From contig JBIKWF010000003.1 in assembly GCA_044356455.1 (NCBI GenBank), positions 60,413 through 124,412 of the forward strand: a stretch of 64,000 nt of DNA, in the 5' to 3' direction. The notes under the pieces were generated by a model. It saw only the letters and a program-made list of their open reading frames with translations, was not told the origin of the DNA and ran no database searches. The position numbers and the translations under genes were made by a program. The DNA is from Bdellovibrionota bacterium. GTDB lineage: Bacteria; Bdellovibrionota_C; UBA2361; JBGSMV01. Positions 58,263 through 64,000 of the stretch are shown piece after piece (the stretch's first letter is position 1; every line of letters starts with the position of its first letter).

Positions 58263-59474
58263 ATGGAGAGATTGTCGCGCGATGTCAAGTTACCGGAATC
58301 GCATAGTTTTTTTCTTTTTGGCGCACGTGGCGTTGGAAAGACGAGTCTCCTCAGGCATCTGATACCGGAGAACCAGCGTACTGTTATCGATCTTCTCCAA
58401 GCCTCGGACTTTGAGCAGTTCGCGCTTCATCCTGAACAATTGTCAGAGGTCATAGCGAAGCTCCCCTCGAGTGGAACGCAGTGGGTCATCATCGACGAGG
58501 TGCAGAAAGCACCTGCCCTGCTAGACATGGTCCATTTGGAGATAGAGGCGCATAGCCGCGCACGAATGGGGATAGGCGCTGAGCGCCCCAAAGAAAGAAA
58601 GCTACACTTTGCGTTGACGGGTTCGAGCGCGCGAAAATTGAAGCGCGGTAAGGCTAACTTGCTCGCGGGGCGCGCTTTTGTCGGTTACTTATTTCCACTG
58701 ACACATCGGGAAGTTCCCCTAGGCTATGATCTCGCGTCGTGTCTGGCCTGGGGAAGTCTTCCGGCGGTTGTGACTTCATCTGGGGAGCAGGAGCGCAGAG
58801 AGCTTCTGTCGGCGTATGTCCACACGTACTTACGAGAAGAAATACTGGAGGAGCAGGTAGCTCGCTCCGGCACTGCCTTTAGAAGATTTCTTGAGGTCGC
58901 AGCCCAAATGAATGGCGCCCCAGTTAATTTCGCGTCAATAGGCCGAGACGTTGGGCTCACCACTCCTACGATTCAGAGCTACTTTGAGATACTGGAGGAT
59001 ACTCTTGTTGCATTTCGCCTCGACCCCTTTCATGAATCGATTCGCAAGCGCCAGCGAGCAGCGCCGAAGTACTACTTTTTTGATCTAGGAGTTACTCGTG
59101 CTCTTGCAGGCGGCCTTCGTTCAGAGATTACGCCACACAACTATAGCTTCGGGAAAGCATTTGAACATTTCATCCTCTGTGAAATTCTCCGACTTTCCGC
59201 CTATTCTGCCAACGATTGGCGATTCAGTTACCTTAGGACCAAGGACGATTTAGAGATTGACGTGATCATAGAAAGACCCGGCAGGCCGCGCGCGCTCATA
59301 GAAATTAAGTCATCAGACTCTGTTCGGGAAGAGCATCTTAAGCCTCTTCACTCATTGGGGGCGAAGATAAACAACAGCGAATGTTTTTGTCTGTGTTTGG
59401 AGAGTCGTGCCCGTTTAGTTGGCTCGGTGAAAGTACTTCCCTGGCGCGAAGGGCTTGTGGAGTTGGGCCTATAA
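58263..59474 (+). CDS. AAA_14 family ATPase with DUF4143 and PD-(D/E)xK-like C-terminus
   Basis: GARGVGKT, IIDEVQK, TGSSARKL, LAGRA, PKYYFFDLG, EIDVII...IEIKS. Confidence 0.9.
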   Translation: MERLSRDVKLPESHSFFLFGARGVGKTSLLRHLIPENQRTVIDLLQASDFEQFALHPEQLSEVIAKLPSSGTQWVIIDEVQKAPALLDMVHLEIEAHSRARMGIGAERPKERKLHFALTGSSARKLKRGKANLLAGRAFVGYLFPLTHREVPLGYDLASCLAWGSLPAVVTSSGEQERRELLSAYVHTYLREEILEEQVARSGTAFRRFLEVAAQMNGAPVNFASIGRDVGLTTPTIQSYFEILEDTLVAFRLDPFHESIRKRQRAAPKYYFFDLGVTRALAGGLRSEITPHNYSFGKAFEHFILCEILRLSAYSANDWRFSYLRTKDDLEIDVIIERPGRPRALIEIKSSDSVREEHLKPLHSLGAKINNSECFCLCLESRARLVGSVKVLPWREGLVELGL

Positions 59475-59726
59475 TTAACAGTGATATGAAAGACCTGGCT
59501 ATTGGCACAAAGTGAAGAGGATGACTCTATCGCATTCTTCTTGTTCTTCGCGTTATTTAGGTTTTTCAGAGGCTCGCTAGATTTCTACATATTCTCGCGT
59601 GTCAAACCGGCCACTATTGAATATCTTACCTTTCAAGTTGCCTTTGCATGACACTCGCTGCCTTTGACCAAGGCGCTGATAGCGTCAACCTTGGCCGCGA
59701 TGGTATTGAAATTCGAGTATCCGCAC

Positions 59727-60911
59727 ATGAATGACAAAACCTCTTCCGATCAAACCGAAAATTCCTCCACAGACGAGAAGCTACGAGAAAATGCTTCCAG
59801 CGAGACCGTTGCAATCAAAACCATAGTCCCACTTCGAGAGAGAAAACCTCGGGACCAGGCCGTACATACCGACTACAATCGCCCCGCGCGATTTGAATTT
59901 ACACAGAAGACCATCTCACAAATCGAGAAGGTTCTCGGAATGCCGATCTTTGCGATATATACTGGGTTGCACAGTGCTTTTGTCGATGGCGATGTCGGTC
60001 AATTGTACTACCACCTCTCCCTTATTGGAAAAACCGACAAGCTTGGAGTTGTCTTGTTTGGTCCGGGGGGAAATCCCACGGCAGCCTACCGCGCCGCGAA
60101 ATTACTGAGGAGCTTCGCTAAACACGTTACCTTTATCGTTCCCGAAAAGGCTGCCTCAGCGTTTACCATGCTGTCCATTAGCGCGGATGAGCTGCTCACG
60201 GGCCCGCTTTCGGCTTTCAGTCCCGTCGATTCCAGTGTTGCGAATCATCCCCTCGCGCCACGCGACCCGAAGGGGAATCCCATCCCCGTTGAAGTGAACC
60301 AAGTCTACAAGTTCCTCGAGTTAGTTAATGAAAAGGACTACAAAAATACGGCCGACTTTCGAAACAGCCCGTTTTTTGCGCTCACAGACAAAGTGCATCC
60401 TTTGTTCTTGGGCACCATCCAGCGAACGTTGAGTCTTTCTCAGATGGTGACTCGTCAGATAGCCAGGATGCACATCAAGGACGAGAGCCAAATTGAGCAG
60501 ATAGTCAAAACACTAAACGACAATTACCCGACCCATTCATTTCCAATTCTTCCTGAGGATCTTCGGGCAGTAGGTATTAAAGTGCGCGAAATGTCACCGG
60601 AGCTCAATGACCTCGCCATTAGTCTTGTACGCCTATACGATGCCTGCACCGCGCCAGGGGAGAAGGTTCAAGGCGACGAAAGGCAGTGGTGGCGAACGCA
60701 TACAATTTTTGAAACACGCGAGCTTCGAAGTTACGCCTATGGCACTGTGTCGGATCGGCTCGTAGACAAAACATGGGTAAGAACCAAAGATTCTTTTTCC
60801 TATGAGCACGCTGCGGTAGTGAAAAACAAGAAGGGCTTTTACGAGTCGCTACCTCTTTCTTCGCAACAATTTCAGCAGTGGCTTAGCGGTCAGGAGGTTG
60901 AGTCTTCGTAG
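59727..60911 (+). CDS. SDH-family Clp-fold serine protease
   Basis: GPGGNP, VPEKAASAFTMLS (Ser), SPVD (Asp), YPTHSFPI (His). Confidence 0.8.
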   Translation: MNDKTSSDQTENSSTDEKLRENASSETVAIKTIVPLRERKPRDQAVHTDYNRPARFEFTQKTISQIEKVLGMPIFAIYTGLHSAFVDGDVGQLYYHLSLIGKTDKLGVVLFGPGGNPTAAYRAAKLLRSFAKHVTFIVPEKAASAFTMLSISADELLTGPLSAFSPVDSSVANHPLAPRDPKGNPIPVEVNQVYKFLELVNEKDYKNTADFRNSPFFALTDKVHPLFLGTIQRTLSLSQMVTRQIARMHIKDESQIEQIVKTLNDNYPTHSFPILPEDLRAVGIKVREMSPELNDLAISLVRLYDACTAPGEKVQGDERQWWRTHTIFETRELRSYAYGTVSDRLVDKTWVRTKDSFSYEHAAVVKNKKGFYESLPLSSQQFQQWLSGQEVESS

Positions 60912-60933
60912 CTATTTCAAAGATATGCGGGAA

Positions 60934-63150
60934 TTAAGTGCTGGGCTGAAGGTCAGCTCGCACCTGACTCGCGGTCCAGGCGCGGTATATGCGGAGCACC
61001 TCATAGCTAACATCCTCTCCTACGGCCTCCTTTAATTTTTTAAGCGAAAGAAGCCCATTTTGCTGAGTGATGTCCTCCACTCGCCTTTGCACTTCTGTGG
61101 GGACGAGGCGACTAAGTTCAAGCGGGCGCTTTTCGACAATCGCTCGTTCGAGGTGGGAATAGATGGTGCTCTCTGAGAGTCCGCGCCTATGCGCAATTTC
61201 GCTTGGATCCACTCCTTCTTGAAAGAGTTCGTAACTATGTTTCCAGGACTCCACGGTCCGTGATTCCATTATCGTACTATCTCCCGCGACGGGACGTGAG
61301 GAGAACTTCTCGACGCGAGCGCCAAGAGTCTGAGTAACTGAGGAGGCGGGAGGCAACGTAGTTTTCAGCACCTCAAGGAAACGCGCACCGAATTCCTTAC
61401 GCTTCTTTTCGCCCACTCCCGTAATCTCAAGCAGCTCATTCTCGCTTTGAGGCCTTCTCGCCGCCATTTCTTGGAGCGTCGCGTCACCAAAGATATGGTA
61501 CGCAGGAACATTTCTGGCCTTGGCAAGTTCCAAGCGGAGAGCCCTGAGCTTTTCAAACAGCGAGTCATCGACTCCTTGAAAGGCTGAGCCCGAACGCTTG
61601 CGTTTCTTCTCAGGGAGCTTGCGCTGTTTGGGTAAAAGAAGCGCGGGACGGGCTTTAAGAAACTGTATTCCATCACTCGTGATCGAAACGGTGCTGTATT
61701 GCCCCTCGCCTACTGCGAGTAACCCGCGCACCGCGAGGGACCGCCCAAGCCTTGACCATTCCGCGGAAGAGAGTTCTTTCCCCACTCCAAAAGTTGAGAG
61801 AGAGGTGTGTCCCCAGCGCCGAATGGCCTCAGTTTCATCTCCGCGTAAGATTGCCGCATGGTGAGCAAGGCCAAAAGAAACGGGCGAGACCTGAGAAGCG
61901 CGCACGATAGAAGAGAGCAGCTTCTGCGCAGGAAGCGACTGATCCACCATCTCGACGTCTCCAAAGCAGACGTCGCAACTATCGCAATTCGTTTCGGCGT
62001 ACTGCTCCCCGAAGTAGCCAAGCAGCATTTTTCGTCGGCATTGCCCGACTTCAGCATAGTCAGTCATTTGCCTAAGCTGCCTTACGGCTTGCTGCCGGAC
62101 CTCCGGCTCGGAAATCGCATCAATGAATCTTCCTAATTTTGCAGTGTCTCCTGCGCTGTAAAGAAGCAAACATTCGCTCGGCAATCCATCGCGCCCAGCG
62201 CGACCGGTTTCTTGATAATAACTCTCTACGTTTTTGGGGAGGTCGTGATGAATAACAAAGCGCACATTTGGTTTATTTACACCCATGCCGAAGGCGACTG
62301 TGGCGCAGACTACTTGAACTTCATCCCTTAAGAAGCGCTCTTGAGTTCTGGAACGAATCTCGGGCGCAAGTCCTGCGTGGTAGGGCGCGGCATTCACGCC
62401 ATGCTCGGAGAGTTGCTCGCTGAGGCGCTCCGTGCCGTCGCGTGAGAGGCAATAGATAATGCCCGCTTCGTCTTCATGCTCTTTAAGGAGCCCGAGAATT
62501 TGCTGAAGCGGCGCCTTTCTATCTTCAACGCGGTAGGTCAGGTTGGGCCGATTGAAGCTCGCAATGACGATGTGCGGCTCAGCCATTCTTAGCTTAGAGG
62601 TGATATCCTCGCGCACCCGAGGGATGGCGGTCGCAGTTACCGCAAGTACGGGGATGTTTGGGAACTGCTCGCGCAGGACACCAAGCTGGCCATATTCGGG
62701 CCGAAAATCGTGTCCCCATTCTGAAATGCAGTGCGCTTCATCTACGACAAGCCGGCTTACCTTGGACTGCGCAAGTGAGGCGAGAAAGCCTGGAAGTACC
62801 GCGCGCTCAGGGGCGACGTAGAGCAGCTTTAGCTCGTTGTCGCGAAGTAGCCCGCGGGTAACATTCTTCTCCTCGTCTTCAATGCCTGAATGAAGTGCGG
62901 CCGCCTTAATTCCAAGAGCGGTGAGCGAGTCTACCTGGTCTTTCATCAGAGCAATGAGGGGAGAAACTACGATGGTGAGACCTGGAGAAAGAATAGCGGG
63001 AAGCTGGAAGCAGAGTGATTTGCCCGCACCGGTAGGAAGAACTGCAAGCACATCTTGTCCGCCCATAGTCGCAGCAATGATCTCCTCTTGATGAGGTCGA
63101 AATGAGCTGTAACCAAAGTACTGCTTAAGAGCTTGAAGTGGAGCTGACAT
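60934..63150 (-). CDS. recQ: DNA helicase RecQ (RQC, HRDC and C-terminal HTH)
   Basis: PTGAGKSLCFQ, VDEAHCISEWGHDFRP, ATVAFGMG, QETGRAGRDG, CRR...CDSC, VPAYHIF, RGLSESTIYSHL. Confidence 0.96.
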   Translation of the reverse strand: MSAPLQALKQYFGYSSFRPHQEEIIAATMGGQDVLAVLPTGAGKSLCFQLPAILSPGLTIVVSPLIALMKDQVDSLTALGIKAAALHSGIEDEEKNVTRGLLRDNELKLLYVAPERAVLPGFLASLAQSKVSRLVVDEAHCISEWGHDFRPEYGQLGVLREQFPNIPVLAVTATAIPRVREDITSKLRMAEPHIVIASFNRPNLTYRVEDRKAPLQQILGLLKEHEDEAGIIYCLSRDGTERLSEQLSEHGVNAAPYHAGLAPEIRSRTQERFLRDEVQVVCATVAFGMGVNKPNVRFVIHHDLPKNVESYYQETGRAGRDGLPSECLLLYSAGDTAKLGRFIDAISEPEVRQQAVRQLRQMTDYAEVGQCRRKMLLGYFGEQYAETNCDSCDVCFGDVEMVDQSLPAQKLLSSIVRASQVSPVSFGLAHHAAILRGDETEAIRRWGHTSLSTFGVGKELSSAEWSRLGRSLAVRGLLAVGEGQYSTVSITSDGIQFLKARPALLLPKQRKLPEKKRKRSGSAFQGVDDSLFEKLRALRLELAKARNVPAYHIFGDATLQEMAARRPQSENELLEITGVGEKKRKEFGARFLEVLKTTLPPASSVTQTLGARVEKFSSRPVAGDSTIMESRTVESWKHSYELFQEGVDPSEIAHRRGLSESTIYSHLERAIVEKRPLELSRLVPTEVQRRVEDITQQNGLLSLKKLKEAVGEDVSYEVLRIYRAWTASQVRADLQPST

Positions 63151-63508
63151 AGTTGGCCTTCCAGTGATGCCTCTTTTCCTAGTGGGAGACAACCTTTTCG
63201 GAGATTTTGGGGAAAAGGTGCTTAGGAAACTATAAGTTGGCCAAATGGGTAGGCATCTTTAGGGTTGGGACTTCTCCGCTTCCCATCTGGGAGAGCCATT
63301 GAGAAGGCATGAATGAATCTTAGGGTTTTTGCCATAGACACTAACTAGCTAAAATTGCCCGGCAATCGTCTTTTAGGCAGGGACTGCGCTAGACGTAAAT
63401 GAGAGTCCTAAAGGTGAAATGCTCGGTGGGCGCTGCTCAACCCGCGCCTTATTCCTTGAGTACGCAGACGCGTCGTTTAGAATGCGTAAAGGTAATCGAG
63501 GGTGCTTT

Positions 63509-63922
63509 ATGGCAGATGGCATACATTCAGAGGGCGGTCCAACGCCAGCTGGGAGTCCTTTCAACGATCATATTGCGCCAGAGCTAACGCTCCTTCGCGC
63601 TGGGTATAATCCACTGGCGCTAAACAGATTAACGCTCTTGTTGATTGGAGATATTCCCATATCCCAATTGCCCCTCTTCGAGCTCCAAGACATTCGAGAT
63701 GCTCTCTTAGACTACTCAAGTAATCTGGTAAAACGGAGAGCTCATATTCCTCCGGGGCATACGGTCCCAGCTTACGTGGCTGATTCTGACTATGTGCAAA
63801 CTTGCACTCTGTTAGGTCACGTCCATTCTGCTCTAAATGCAGCTCTTGATGGATCGGGTGGGTTAGACGATCTGTTGCCTCCTCCCGGCACTCGAGGTGG
63901 GAATCCGGACAAGGAGTCTTAG
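63509..63922 (+). CDS. Hypothetical protein
   Basis: GAGGG SD before ATG 63509; helical core with Pro/Gly-rich ends; no motif. Confidence 0.5.
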   Translation: MADGIHSEGGPTPAGSPFNDHIAPELTLLRAGYNPLALNRLTLLLIGDIPISQLPLFELQDIRDALLDYSSNLVKRRAHIPPGHTVPAYVADSDYVQTCTLLGHVHSALNAALDGSGGLDDLLPPPGTRGGNPDKES

Positions 63923-64000
63923 GAGACCCACCCTTATTCTTTCACAGAGACTTAGCTGCGGTTGATACCCAACTCTTGTTGGGAACTGCTCGTTTGAATG

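Overview
Chromosomal origin region of a moderately GC-rich bacterium. Gene content (MXAN_5187-type protein, HDOD protein, atpI-atpB-atpE split from the rest of the atp operon, oriC between dnaA and dnaN) suggests a Bdellovibrionota/Oligoflexia-like or other former 'deltaproteobacterial' lineage; this placement is inference only. Core features: dnaA-oriC-dnaN-[adenylate cyclase]-recF-gyrB on the minus strand, glmU, a DEAD-box helicase, atpB/atpE, mscS, prs, recQ, an M23 peptidase and a ruvX-mltG-MoxR/DUF58/vWA operon. The left end carries a sulfur/redox cluster: a methionine gamma-lyase-like gene (cut by the window edge, missing from the ORF track), a SAM methyltransferase and a translationally coupled bshC-bshB1-bshA bacillithiol operon. 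Accessory content: two type II toxin-antitoxin pairs, two AAA_14/DUF4143 ATPases, an SDH Clp-fold protease, a di-haem oxidoreductase and several palindromic or tandem repeats. The strongest leads are (1) a membrane-anchored class III adenylate cyclase with SHOCT-like repeats embedded between dnaN and recF, next to a DnaA with a repeat-bearing N-terminal extension, (2) a possible N-methyl-bacillithiol locus, (3) a perfect PerR-type box upstream of an unknown secreted protein, and (4) a small, highly basic orphan protein after gyrB. No rRNA, tRNA, CRISPR array or transposase was seen. Family assignments come from motif recognition by eye, not from database searches.
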